Part shown: positions 8,690 through 17,720 of the stretch, piece by piece
How positions within the stretch are numbered: position 1 is the stretch's first letter
Layout: each line of letters begins with the position of its first letter
Assembly: GCA_037443365.1 (NCBI GenBank)
Contig: JBBIOM010000020.1
Span: 1-34,934 of the forward strand
Length of the DNA stretch: 34,934 nucleotides
Direction of reading: 5' to 3'
Source of the DNA: Armatimonadota bacterium
GTDB lineage: Bacteria > Sysuimicrobiota > Sysuimicrobiia > Sysuimicrobiales > Humicultoraceae
The notes under the pieces: model-generated
Database searches by the model: none
Told to the model about the DNA's origin: nothing
What the model saw: only the letters and a program-made list of their open reading frames with translations
Program-made: the position numbers and the translations under genes

Positions 8690-9841
8690 CTACCGTCCCG
8701 AGTCGGCAAGGACGATCTTGGAGATGATTGCCCGCTGGACCTCGCTCGTGCCCTCGCCGATCTCGCACAGCTTCACGTCGCGATAGAAACGCTCCACGGG
8801 GTATTCCTTCGTGAATCCGTATCCCCCGTGGATCTGCACCGCGCGGGTCGCGGCCCGCGCGGCGGCCTCGGAGGCGTAGAGCTTGGCCATCGAGGCCGCA
8901 CGGCGAAAGGGCATCCCCCGGTCGGCTAGCCCCGCGGCGTGCTCGGTCAGCAGCCAGGCGGCGTCCATCTCGGTGGCCATGTCGGCCAGCATGAACTGGA
9001 TCGCCTGCAGATCGGCGATCGGCCGACCGTAGGCCACCCGCTCCTGGGCGTACCCCAGGCTGGCCTCGAGCGCCGCGTTCCCGATGCCCACCGCCATGGC
9101 GGCGATCCCGATGCGGCCCCGCTCCAGCACGCGCGTGGCCTGGGTGTAACCCTCCCCCGCATCCCCGATCAGTTGCTCGCACGGTACCTCGCAGCCCGCG
9201 AGGTGCACCTCGGCGGTGTCGCTGCTGCGCACCCCGAGCTTGTCCTCCTTGCGGCCCACCTCCAGGCCCCTGCTGCCGCGCTCGACTACGAAGGCGCTGA
9301 TTCCCTTCCTGCCGGCGCCGGGGGTCGTCACAGCCATGACCACGTATGTCCCGGCCAGGCTCCCGTTCGTGACGAAGACCTTTGTGCCATCCAAGACCCA
9401 GCGGTCGCCGCGGCGCTCGGCGCGCGTCCTGATGGCAGCGGCGTCGCTGCCGGCGCCGGGCTCGGTCAGGCACCAGGCGCCCAGCGCTTCCCCGCTGGCG
9501 AGCCGCGGAAGGTACTTGCGGCGCTGCGCCTCGCTGCCGAACGCGGCGATGTGCCCGGCGCACAGGGAGTTGTGCGCAGCCACGGACAGCGCCACGCCGC
9601 CATCGCCCCAGGCCAGCGCCTCGATCGTGGTCGCCATGGTCAGGGCGTCCAGGCCTGACCCGCCGTACTCGACAGGCACTGTCATGCCCAGCAGCCCGAG
9701 ATCGGCCAGCCGGGGAACGAGCTCAACGGGAAAGCGGCCATCACGGTCCCAGGCGGCCGCGTGCGGGCGCAGTTCCTCGCGCGCGAACTCCCTCATCGTC
9801 TTCTGCACGAGCCGCAGCTCATCGGTGGCGGGCGTTTGCAC
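8690..9841 (-). CDS. Acyl-CoA dehydrogenase (short/branched-chain type)
   Basis: CLTEPGAGSDA, GTKVFVTNG, KLGVRSSDT, GRIGIAA, VQIHGGYG, IGEGTSEVQR. Confidence 0.93.
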   Translation of the reverse strand: MQTPATDELRLVQKTMREFAREELRPHAAAWDRDGRFPVELVPRLADLGLLGMTVPVEYGGSGLDALTMATTIEALAWGDGGVALSVAAHNSLCAGHIAAFGSEAQRRKYLPRLASGEALGAWCLTEPGAGSDAAAIRTRAERRGDRWVLDGTKVFVTNGSLAGTYVVMAVTTPGAGRKGISAFVVERGSRGLEVGRKEDKLGVRSSDTAEVHLAGCEVPCEQLIGDAGEGYTQATRVLERGRIGIAAMAVGIGNAALEASLGYAQERVAYGRPIADLQAIQFMLADMATEMDAAWLLTEHAAGLADRGMPFRRAASMAKLYASEAAARAATRAVQIHGGYGFTKEYPVERFYRDVKLCEIGEGTSEVQRAIISKIVLADSGR

Positions 9842-9862
9842 CAGGCTCCTCCTAGTCTGGGG

Positions 9863-11323
9863 CTATCCCTTGATCACGCCTATCGGATGCATCCGCGCGA
9901 CCCGGTGGCTCAACCCGGCCGAGTGGCAGACCGCCACGACATCGGCCACGTCCTTGTAGGCCTCCGGGGCCTCTTCGGCCAGGAGGCCTCGATCCCGCGC
10001 GCGAACGAGAACGCCCGCCCGGGCGAGCTCATCGCTCACGTTCCGGCCCGCAAGCTGACGGATCGCCGCCTTGCGCCCAAGCACGCGGCCTGCGCCGTGG
10101 CACGTGGAGCCGAAGGCCTCGCGCATGGCGCCCTGCGTGCCGATGGCCACGAACGAGTACCGTCCCATGTCGCCCGGGATGAGCACCGGCTGCCCGACCT
10201 CGCGATAGCGGGCAGGAACCTCGTGGTGCCCGGCGGGAAAGGCGCGCGTGGCACCCTTGCGGTGCACGCACACGCGACGCTGCTCGCCCTCAACCTCGTG
10301 CGACTCGACCTTGGCGATGTTGTGCGCCACGTCATATACGAGGTCAAGACCCAGTCGTTCCCATGCCTTGCCAAACACACGCTCAAAGGCCTCGCGCACC
10401 CAGTGCGTTATCAGCTGCCGGTTCGCCCACGCAAAGTTGGCCGCCCCGCTCATCGCGCCGAAGTACCGCTGCCCCTCCGGGGAGCGCAGCGGCACGCATG
10501 CGAGTTGCCGGTCCACCAGGTGGATGCCGTGACGGCCCGATGCGCGCTCGCAGACGCGCAGGTAGTCGGTGCAGACCTGGTGCCCCAGGCCCCGCGACCC
10601 TGTGTGCACGAACACGAGGATCTGCCCGGGCTCACCAATCCCCAGGGCCGAGGCGGCGGACGCGTTGAATACCTGATCCACGACCTGCAGCTCCAGGAAA
10701 TGGTTCCCCGAGCCCAGCGTCCCTACCTGCCCCCGGCCGCGCTGCTTGGCCTCCGCGCTCACCGCCGCGGGATCGGCATGCTCCAGGGCCCCCCCGGCCT
10801 CGGTCACATCGAGGTCCTCGGGCACACCGTACCCGCGCGCCACTGCCCAGCGCGCGCCCTGCGACAGCACCTCGTCCACCTCACGCGTCCCGACCTTCAC
10901 CCGACCGCCCACGCCGACGCCTGAGGGCACGGCGCTGTACAGCGCGTCAACAAGGACGTCCAGTCGCGGGCGAACGTCGTCCTCGACAAGATCGGTACGT
11001 AGCAGCCTGACGCCGCAGTTGATGTCATACCCGACACCGCCGGGCGAGATGATGCCTTCCTCGAGATCAAACGCCGCCACGCCTCCAACCGGAAACCCGT
11101 AGCCCCAGTGAATATCGGGCATCGCAAGCGACCTCCCAACGATGCCCGGCAGGGTAGCCACATTGGCGACCTGCTCGACGGCCTGCTCCTCGGCCATGGC
11201 GCGCAGCATGCGCTCGTCGGCGAATACAAGACCCGGGACTCGCATGCCCTGCTTGTAGCTGGCCGGGAGCTCCCAGCGCCACTCGTCTATCTTCCTGAGA
11301 ACCTGCGTCCAGGGCGTGCCCAT
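9863..11323 (-). CDS. rtcB: RNA-splicing/repair ligase RtcB (long type)
   Basis: MPDIHWGYGFPVG, GYDINCG, GTLGSGNHF, HTGSRG, DVAHNIAK, HRKGAT, STCHGAGR, EAPEAYK. Confidence 0.96.
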   Translation of the reverse strand: MGTPWTQVLRKIDEWRWELPASYKQGMRVPGLVFADERMLRAMAEEQAVEQVANVATLPGIVGRSLAMPDIHWGYGFPVGGVAAFDLEEGIISPGGVGYDINCGVRLLRTDLVEDDVRPRLDVLVDALYSAVPSGVGVGGRVKVGTREVDEVLSQGARWAVARGYGVPEDLDVTEAGGALEHADPAAVSAEAKQRGRGQVGTLGSGNHFLELQVVDQVFNASAASALGIGEPGQILVFVHTGSRGLGHQVCTDYLRVCERASGRHGIHLVDRQLACVPLRSPEGQRYFGAMSGAANFAWANRQLITHWVREAFERVFGKAWERLGLDLVYDVAHNIAKVESHEVEGEQRRVCVHRKGATRAFPAGHHEVPARYREVGQPVLIPGDMGRYSFVAIGTQGAMREAFGSTCHGAGRVLGRKAAIRQLAGRNVSDELARAGVLVRARDRGLLAEEAPEAYKDVADVVAVCHSAGLSHRVARMHPIGVIKG

Positions 11324-11346
11324 GATTCCTCACCTGCCGCCGCAGC

Positions 11347-11379
11347 AAAGGACCCCCGCATGCGTGCCATGGGGGGTCC
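11347..11379 (-). terminator. Putative intrinsic terminator/attenuator between nfu and rtcB
   Basis: Minus-strand GGACCCCCCATG-gcacg-CATGCGGGGGTCC stem followed by TTT; the U-tract is short. Confidence 0.55.
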
Positions 11380-11401
11380 GCTTGAGCGATCCGAAGGAAG
11401 G

Positions 11402-11665
11402 CTAGAAGGGAACCGCTTCCACCCCACGGATCTCCGGGATCTCCTGCTTCACCATCCGCTCGATACCCATCTTCAGTGTCATCATCGCGTGCATGCAACC
11501 CACGCAGGCGCCCGTCAAGCGGACGCGAACGACCCCGTCGGTCACGTCCACCAGCTGAACATCGCCGCCGTCGCCCTGAATGTAGGGGCGGATGGTGTCA
11601 AGCACCCGCTCGACCCTGCTCTGCAGGCTCGCTGCGGGCTGCTCCGTGCTCGTCTGATCTGTCAT
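11402..11665 (-). CDS. NifU C-terminal / Nfu-type Fe-S carrier protein
   Basis: IRPYIQGDGGDV and GACVGC (CxxC); ATG at 11665 with GGAGG SD preferred over 11683. Confidence 0.9.
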   Translation of the reverse strand: MTDQTSTEQPAASLQSRVERVLDTIRPYIQGDGGDVQLVDVTDGVVRVRLTGACVGCMHAMMTLKMGIERMVKQEIPEIRGVEAVPF

Positions 11666-11697
11666 GACTTCCTCCAGTGGCACTGTTGACGCGCCTA

Positions 11698-12138
11698 CTA
11701 CTCAATCATAGCCCTGCGAGGCCTGCCGCGCAAGGCGCGCGGCACGGGTCTGGGATGATCGCGCACGGCGTCCACCGCGCAGAGAAACCCGAACGCCTCC
11801 CTGCCTGCCAGGAACTGGTGGGGCGTCCCGGATGGAATCAGCATGAAGTCCAGCGGCCTCACCCTGTGCAGCCTGTCGCCGATTCGCACGCGACCCCGGC
11901 CGCGCAGCACCAGCACCGCGTGCGCGTGACGGTGCTGCTCGAGCGACGAGTAGCCACCGGGCGCGATCTCGAAGTAGCGCAGGTGAAACGCCGTCGGCTC
12001 CTCCCGCCCGCCCACCAGCACGAACCGCAGGACGTCATGCCAGGCCAGCGGACCGCGGGACGAGGCCTTGTAAGGAACAGATGGGAATCCCTTCCAGCGG
12101 AACCGCGCCGGGTCGAAACGCGCAATCACGGGCTTCAC
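11698..12138 (-). CDS. Cupin, resembling 1-methylthio-xylulose-5-phosphate methylsulfurylase family
   Basis: FRWKG..YK, LRYFEIAPGGYSSLEQHRHAH, PHQF, FGFLCAVD..RDHP; GTGA overlap with upstream gene. Confidence 0.75.
   Translation of the reverse strand: MKPVIARFDPARFRWKGFPSVPYKASSRGPLAWHDVLRFVLVGGREEPTAFHLRYFEIAPGGYSSLEQHRHAHAVLVLRGRGRVRIGDRLHRVRPLDFMLIPSGTPHQFLAGREAFGFLCAVDAVRDHPRPVPRALRGRPRRAMIE
11705..11733 (-). promoter_or_regulatory. Internal sigma70-type promoter for nfu, inside the cupin 3' end
   Basis: TTGCGC (11733-11728), 17 nt, TATGAT (11710-11705). Confidence 0.55.
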
Positions 12139-13175
12139 GGCCGCACCACCACCTTGAGCGCGGAGCCGGCTTCGCGCATGAGCGAGTAGCCCCGACCCAC
12201 CTCCGAGAGCGGAATCCGATGCGTCACCAGAGGCTCGACCTGCAGCCCCGCGGTGAGCATGCGCAGCGCCTCGCGCGTCTCATCCGGCCCCGCTGAGTAG
12301 GCCGTCGTGACCGTGACCTCCTTGAAGTACAGGTCGTGAGCCGGCAGCGGCCATCTCGCCTCGGGCGGCGTGGGGGCGAAGATCACGAGCGTCCCTCCGG
12401 GTGCCACGCTGCGCAGCCCTTCCTCCAAGGCCTCCACCGCGCCCGGGCCGACTATCACGACGTCCGCACCCGCGCCCCCGGTGGCCTCGCGTACGACTTC
12501 GTGCAGGGACTTGCGCGAGGTATCCACGGCTACATCGGCGTACCGCGCGGCCGTCGCCGCGCGGAGAGGATTGAGATCGGCGGCGACGAGCACCGCGGGG
12601 GCGGCCATCGCCCGAAGGGCCAAGAGGTGCAGCAGCCCCATGACACCCATCCCAATCACCAGCACGCGATCGCCGTCGCGGAGCCGCGCGCGGCGTATGG
12701 ACTTGACCACGCAGGCCAGCGGTTCCACGAATACGGCGGCCTCGTCGGACAGTTCCGCGGGCAGCCGCAGGGTGTCTACGGCGACGGCAGGGGCCTGCGC
12801 CAGGGCCAGGGTCGCCAGGCCGCCGGGTATCAGTCGTCGGGGCGCCCAGGCCGGGCAGTGCACGTGGTCCCCGCGGCGGCAGGCCCGGCAGGCCATGCAG
12901 GGAGCGTGGTGGTGGACGAAGACCCGCTCGCCCGGGCTGAAAGCCGCGCCTGGGCCGGCTTCGAGCACCACGCCCACCGGTTCGTGGCCCAGCGGTACCG
13001 GGGCCTTGCGGGCCAGGTACCAGTCCATGATCTCGCCGGTGCACAGCCCGCATGCACTGATGCGCAGCAGCAGCTCGCCGGGGCCAGGAGGCGGAACCTC
13101 GACCTCCTCCAGCCGCAGATCTCCTGGGCCGTGGCATATCGCGGCCAGCGCCACATTCGGACGCGCCGCGGTCAT
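12135..13175 (-). CDS. Zn-dependent polyol (sorbitol/iditol-like) dehydrogenase, MDR family
   Basis: CGLCTGE, GHEPVG, HHHAPCMACRAC..C, EPLACV, GMGVMG; ATGA overlap with upstream paralog. Confidence 0.85.
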   Translation of the reverse strand: MTAARPNVALAAICHGPGDLRLEEVEVPPPGPGELLLRISACGLCTGEIMDWYLARKAPVPLGHEPVGVVLEAGPGAAFSPGERVFVHHHAPCMACRACRRGDHVHCPAWAPRRLIPGGLATLALAQAPAVAVDTLRLPAELSDEAAVFVEPLACVVKSIRRARLRDGDRVLVIGMGVMGLLHLLALRAMAAPAVLVAADLNPLRAATAARYADVAVDTSRKSLHEVVREATGGAGADVVIVGPGAVEALEEGLRSVAPGGTLVIFAPTPPEARWPLPAHDLYFKEVTVTTAYSAGPDETREALRMLTAGLQVEPLVTHRIPLSEVGRGYSLMREAGSALKVVVRP

Positions 13176-14200
13176 GCCTCGTCCCCGGGCATCACCGCGT
13201 ACTTGGTCCCGATCCTGCGGTCCAGGTCCTTGAACACCTCGGCTATGGCCGCGAGCGGCCGGGCCGCGGTGATCATGTCATAGGGCCTCACCGCGCCTGT
13301 GGCCAGGAGGTCGAGCGCAGAGCGGACGTCCTCGGTGCGGTAGTGAAAGGTGCTGACGAGGTCCACCTCGCCGTAGTGGATGCGCGTGGCGTCGAACTCC
13401 GCACGGCTCTTGCTCGGAAGCCCTCCGAACAGGAGGACGCGGCCTCCTGGGGCGGACCAGGCGGGCGCCGCGCTCCAGACCTCGGGAGAGCCCGTGCACT
13501 CGATGATCAGGTCAGGACCTCCGCCGGTGGCGGCGCGCAGTGCCTGGCCGACGTCTCCGGTGGAGGAATCCAGCGTGCGGGCGGCCCCTGCCCTCTCGGC
13601 CAGTTCCAGCCCTGCGGGACGACGTCCGACCGCGACCACCTCGTGCCCCCGGCGCCGCGCCTCGTGGATCTGCAGGAGGCCTATCGATCCCAGGCCGACC
13701 ACGGCCACACGCGCGCCGGGCGCGGGATCCAGCCGGTCCCAGGCATGCACGACGCAGGCCAGGGGCTCGAGGAACGCGGCCTCGATGTAGGAAAGACCCG
13801 GGGGCTTGGGAAACACGTGCCGGCGCACGACGCGCGCCGGCAGGCGGAGGAAGTCACCGTATGCGCCGAGCGCGATCTCATCGAAGAGGGTGGCGCACAG
13901 GTTCTCGCGGCCGCGCTGGCACGGCGTGCACCCCCCGCACCCGGCCGTGTGCACGAACGCCACGGGCTGACCCACCGAGATCCCGGAGACGCCCTCACCC
14001 ACAGCGGCGATATCCCCGGCCGCCTCGTGTCCAAATGGGCCGAAGGCCACCTTGGGGTGCCCGCGGCGGTAGGTCTTGAGATCGGTCCCGCAGGTGAGCG
14101 CGGCCCGAACGCGCACGACCACCTCGCCGGGGCCGGGCGATGGTACGGGCGCCTCCACCAGGTCGAGCTCGCGGGGAGCGCGCAGGATCGCCTGTCGCAT
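13172..14200 (-). CDS. Zn-dependent polyol (sorbitol/iditol-like) dehydrogenase, MDR family
   Basis: ALTCGTDLK, GHEAAG, CGGCTPC..C, EPLACV, GLGSIG. Confidence 0.85.
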   Translation of the reverse strand: MRQAILRAPRELDLVEAPVPSPGPGEVVVRVRAALTCGTDLKTYRRGHPKVAFGPFGHEAAGDIAAVGEGVSGISVGQPVAFVHTAGCGGCTPCQRGRENLCATLFDEIALGAYGDFLRLPARVVRRHVFPKPPGLSYIEAAFLEPLACVVHAWDRLDPAPGARVAVVGLGSIGLLQIHEARRRGHEVVAVGRRPAGLELAERAGAARTLDSSTGDVGQALRAATGGGPDLIIECTGSPEVWSAAPAWSAPGGRVLLFGGLPSKSRAEFDATRIHYGEVDLVSTFHYRTEDVRSALDLLATGAVRPYDMITAARPLAAIAEVFKDLDRRIGTKYAVMPGDEA

Positions 14201-14221
14201 GCGGCAGCCGGCCCGCTCAGG

Positions 14222-15397
14222 CTATCCGGCCGCGGGGCCGGATTCGGTTGGCAGGGCCAGATTCGTCCACGCGATGATCCCGCCCGCCAGGTTGTAGGCC
14301 TGCGTGTAGCCTGCCTTGCGCAACGCTTCCACCACGCCAGCACTCCGGCTTCCAGAGGAGCACTGCACGATCACGGGCCGGTCGGGGTCGATCTCGGACG
14401 CGCGCCTTGGCACCTCGGATACGGGCATGAGCCTGGCGCCCGGTATGCGCAGCGCAGCCCATTCCCATGGCTCGCGCACGTCCACCAACTGGGCTCCCTG
14501 CGCAAGCATCGCGCTGGCCTCGTGTGGATCCACCTCGGCGCCTGGCGCGGAGACGATCGCATGCGCGGGCTCCCGGGGCCGGCCCGGCAGGCCGCAGAAC
14601 TGCTCGTAATCTATCAACGCGGTGATCGTCGGGCTATCTCCACAGACCGGGCACTGCCGGTTCCGGTTCCAGCGGACGGTGCGCGTCTCCCCGGAAAGGG
14701 CGTCCACGAGGAGCAGGCGGTTGGCCAGGCCTTCGCCGGCGCGAAGCAGCAGCTTCACCGCCTCGATGGCCTGGATGGTGCCCAACTGTCCTGCCACTGC
14801 GCCGATGACGCCGGCCTCGGCGCAGGAGGGCACCGCGCCCGGAGGAGGCGGGGACGGAAACAGGCAGCGGTAGCAGCCGCGTCCGGGCAGGTAGACCGTG
14901 GCCTGGCCCTCCCACCGCAGGACGCTGGCGTCAACCAGCGGCCGACGGAGCAGCACGCAAGCGTCGTTCACCAGGTAGCGCGTGGGGAAGTTGTCGCTGC
15001 AGTTGACCACCACATCGAACTGCCCGATGATCTCGAGGGCGTTGGACGAAGACAGCACAACCGGGAACATCAGCACGGCGACGTCCGGGTTGATCTCCCC
15101 GAGGGTGCGCGCGGCGGACTCGGTCTTGGGAGTACCGACATCGCGAGCCCGGTGCAGGATCTGCCTGTGGAGGTTGGACAGTTCCACGCGGTCGCCGTCC
15201 ACGATCCCGATGGTGCCGACCCCGGCCGCTGCCAGGTAGAGGGCCGCGGGCGAGCCCAGTCCGCCCGCGCCCACCACAAGCACCCTGGAATCGAGCAGGC
15301 GGCGCTGGCCTGCGACGCCCATCTCCTGGAGGACCAGCTGCCGCGAGTAGCGGTCAAGCTGCTCTCTACTGAGGAAGGGCGCGGCGCCGGGGGTCAT
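14222..15397 (-). CDS. moeB: MoeB/ThiF adenylyltransferase with C-terminal rhodanese domain (MoeZ/MoeBR type)
   Basis: RYSRQ, GAGGLG, SNLHRQ, DNFPTRY, CYRC and CPVC Zn motifs, DVRE..E and rhodanese loop CSSGSRS; ATGA overlap with lipA stop gives start 15397. Confidence 0.92.
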   Translation of the reverse strand: MTPGAAPFLSREQLDRYSRQLVLQEMGVAGQRRLLDSRVLVVGAGGLGSPAALYLAAAGVGTIGIVDGDRVELSNLHRQILHRARDVGTPKTESAARTLGEINPDVAVLMFPVVLSSSNALEIIGQFDVVVNCSDNFPTRYLVNDACVLLRRPLVDASVLRWEGQATVYLPGRGCYRCLFPSPPPPGAVPSCAEAGVIGAVAGQLGTIQAIEAVKLLLRAGEGLANRLLLVDALSGETRTVRWNRNRQCPVCGDSPTITALIDYEQFCGLPGRPREPAHAIVSAPGAEVDPHEASAMLAQGAQLVDVREPWEWAALRIPGARLMPVSEVPRRASEIDPDRPVIVQCSSGSRSAGVVEALRKAGYTQAYNLAGGIIAWTNLALPTESGPAAG

Positions 15398-16311
15398 CCT
15401 GCCCACCGCGCTGCTTGCGCCTGCGCCTCAGCCCTGTAGGATGAGCGCACGAGCGGCCCTGCCTCAACGTACCTGAATCCGCGCCGCAGGCCCTCCTCGC
15501 GCAGGGCGGCGAACTCCTCTGGGGTGTAGTAGCGAGCGACCGGAAGATAGCCGGGGCCTGGCCGCAGGTACTGACCCAGGGTCAGCACATCGCAGTCCGC
15601 CGCCCGGAGGTCGTCCATGGCTTCCAGCAGGTCTTCCTCGCTCTCTCCCATCCCAAGAATGACACCACTCTTGGTAAGTGAACTGTACCCCCATTCCTTG
15701 CACCGCGCCAGCAGTTCGATGGATCGGGCGTAGTCGCCGCCCGGGCGCACGCTCCCGAACACCCTGCGGGCCGCCTCCAGGTTGTGCCCCATGATCTCCG
15801 GGCCGGCATCCAGGACCGTGCGCAGCGCTGCGGGATCGCCCTGGAAGTCGGGAACGAGCACCTCCAGGGTGCAGCCGGGAAGCCTCCGGCGAATGGCGCG
15901 AACCGTCTCGGCGTAGATACCGGAGCCGCCGTCTGGCAGATCGTCACGCGTCACCGAGGTCACGACCGCGTGGCGCAGACCCATGGCAGCGGCCGCGTCG
16001 GCGACGCGCGCCGGCTCACTCGGATCAGGGGTGCCCGGCCTCCCGCCTGCCACCGCGCAGTACCCGCAGCGGCGCGTGCAGGCCTCGCCGAGGATCAGGA
16101 ACGTGGCGGTGCGGCGGCCCCAGCACTCGCCGATGTTGGGGCAGCGGGCCTCCTCACAGACGGTGTGTATCCCGCCGCGGCGCATGATGCGGACCAGGTC
16201 GGCGTAGTTATCGCCCCCTGGCAGGCGAACCCGAAGCCAGGCGGGCCGCCGGCCATCACCGGGGCCTGGGCCGTCCGGCTCAGGCGTGCAGGGCTCTTCC
16301 CAGCGCGTCAA
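15394..16311 (-). CDS. lipA: Lipoyl synthase
   Basis: CEEARCPNIGEC, radical-SAM CTRRCGYC, TSVTRDDL, GQYL, VRSSY; TTG start with GGGAGG SD. Confidence 0.96.
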   Translation of the reverse strand: MTRWEEPCTPEPDGPGPGDGRRPAWLRVRLPGGDNYADLVRIMRRGGIHTVCEEARCPNIGECWGRRTATFLILGEACTRRCGYCAVAGGRPGTPDPSEPARVADAAAAMGLRHAVVTSVTRDDLPDGGSGIYAETVRAIRRRLPGCTLEVLVPDFQGDPAALRTVLDAGPEIMGHNLEAARRVFGSVRPGGDYARSIELLARCKEWGYSSLTKSGVILGMGESEEDLLEAMDDLRAADCDVLTLGQYLRPGPGYLPVARYYTPEEFAALREEGLRRGFRYVEAGPLVRSSYRAEAQAQAARWAG

Positions 16312-17680
16312 GTGCCGCCTCCCGCAGCGCCTCGGACAGGGTGGGATGCGCGTGCACCGCGCTGCCCACCTCCGCCACCGTTCCCTCCAGGTGCCGCGCC
16401 ATCACACCTTCCGCCAGCAGCTCTGTAACATAGGGGCCCAGCATGTGTATGCCCAGGATCTCGCCGGTCTGGCGGTCCGCCACAACCTTGACGAAGCCGT
16501 CGCGCTCGCCCCCAATTGACGCCTTGCTGTTGGCCTGGAAGGCGAACCGCCCGACCCTTGTCTCGTGTCCTGACTCCTGCGCCTGCTGCTCGGACAACCC
16601 CATCGAGGCGACCTGGGGGATGGAGAATGTGGGCCGCGGAACGGCCTGGTAGTCCAGGGGCCTGCTCTCGATCCCGGCGATCGTCTCGACCGCGTGGATG
16701 GCCTCGTCGGAGGCAACATGTGCCAGCCGGTAGGGCCTGGCGATCACGTCTCCGGCAGCGAACACCCCTGGCGCCGAGGTGCGCAGGTGGTCATCCACCA
16801 CGACGGCTCCGTTCTGGGTCTCGACGCCTGCCGCCTCCAGGCCCAGGCCATCCGTGGCAGGAGCCCGTCCGATCGCCACCAGGAGGTAGTCGGCCTCCAC
16901 GCGGATCGATTCCGGGCCTCGGCTCAGCGTGATGGCCAGCCCGTCACCGGAGCGAGCAACGCCACTGGCCGTAGCGCCGGTGTAGACCTTCATGCCCCTC
17001 CGCGTGAACAGCCGCTCCATGGTCCGCCCTATCTCGGGATCCTCCAGCGGGAGCAGGGTCGGGAGAAGTTCGATCAGTGTAACCTCGCTGCCCAGCGCGG
17101 AGAACAAACTCGCGAACTCCACGCCGATGGCGCCGCCACCCAGGATCGCCATCGTCCGGGGCAATTCGGCAAGCGTCAGCGCGCCGGTGCTGTCGAGCAC
17201 GCGCTCGTTGTCAGGGACGATCCCCGGAATGCTCCTGGGGGTGGAACCGGTCGCCAGGAGCACATGTTTGGCATCGAGCTCGGGCCGTGAGCCATCGGGG
17301 AACGCCACGCCGGCGCGGGCGGGGCCCAGCAGGCTGCCGTCACCCTCGAAGACCTCAATCTTGTGCTTGCGCATCAGAGACTGAACGCCTTTGTGCAGGC
17401 CTTCGACCACGGTCGCCTTGCGCTGACTGAGACGCGCGTAGTCCACGCGCACCGGTCCGGTCTCGACGCCCATCGCCTGGGCCCTCTTCAACTTCTCGAC
17501 CAGGTCGGCGGCGTGCAGCAGCACCTTGGTGGGGACGCAGCCGTAGTGAAGACAGACGCCGCCCAGCTTGTGGCGCTCGACGACCGCAACGCGCAGCCCG
17601 AGTTGGGCCGCCCGGATCGCGCCTACGTACCCGGCCGGGCCGCCGCCGATGATTACAAGGTCGTAAGGATTGGGCTTCAC
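16280..17680 (-). CDS. lpdA: Dihydrolipoamide dehydrogenase
   Basis: GGGPAG FAD loop, GGVCLHYGCVPTK redox disulfide, GGGAIGVE NAD loop, HAHPTLSE. Confidence 0.95.
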   Translation of the reverse strand: MKPNPYDLVIIGGGPAGYVGAIRAAQLGLRVAVVERHKLGGVCLHYGCVPTKVLLHAADLVEKLKRAQAMGVETGPVRVDYARLSQRKATVVEGLHKGVQSLMRKHKIEVFEGDGSLLGPARAGVAFPDGSRPELDAKHVLLATGSTPRSIPGIVPDNERVLDSTGALTLAELPRTMAILGGGAIGVEFASLFSALGSEVTLIELLPTLLPLEDPEIGRTMERLFTRRGMKVYTGATASGVARSGDGLAITLSRGPESIRVEADYLLVAIGRAPATDGLGLEAAGVETQNGAVVVDDHLRTSAPGVFAAGDVIARPYRLAHVASDEAIHAVETIAGIESRPLDYQAVPRPTFSIPQVASMGLSEQQAQESGHETRVGRFAFQANSKASIGGERDGFVKVVADRQTGEILGIHMLGPYVTELLAEGVMARHLEGTVAEVGSAVHAHPTLSEALREAALDALGRALHA

Positions 17681-17720
17681 GTCTTCTGGATCTCCCCTCG
17701 GCTGAGGAACTCGCGGCGCC

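Noticed and set aside
13343-15439. 698-aa plus-strand ORF and many other long antisense or alternate-frame ORFs (e.g. 2699-4039, 9761-10924, 27951-29216, 32944-33993)
   Set aside because: Shadow ORFs opposite well-supported genes, expected at ~70% GC; no recognisable motifs.
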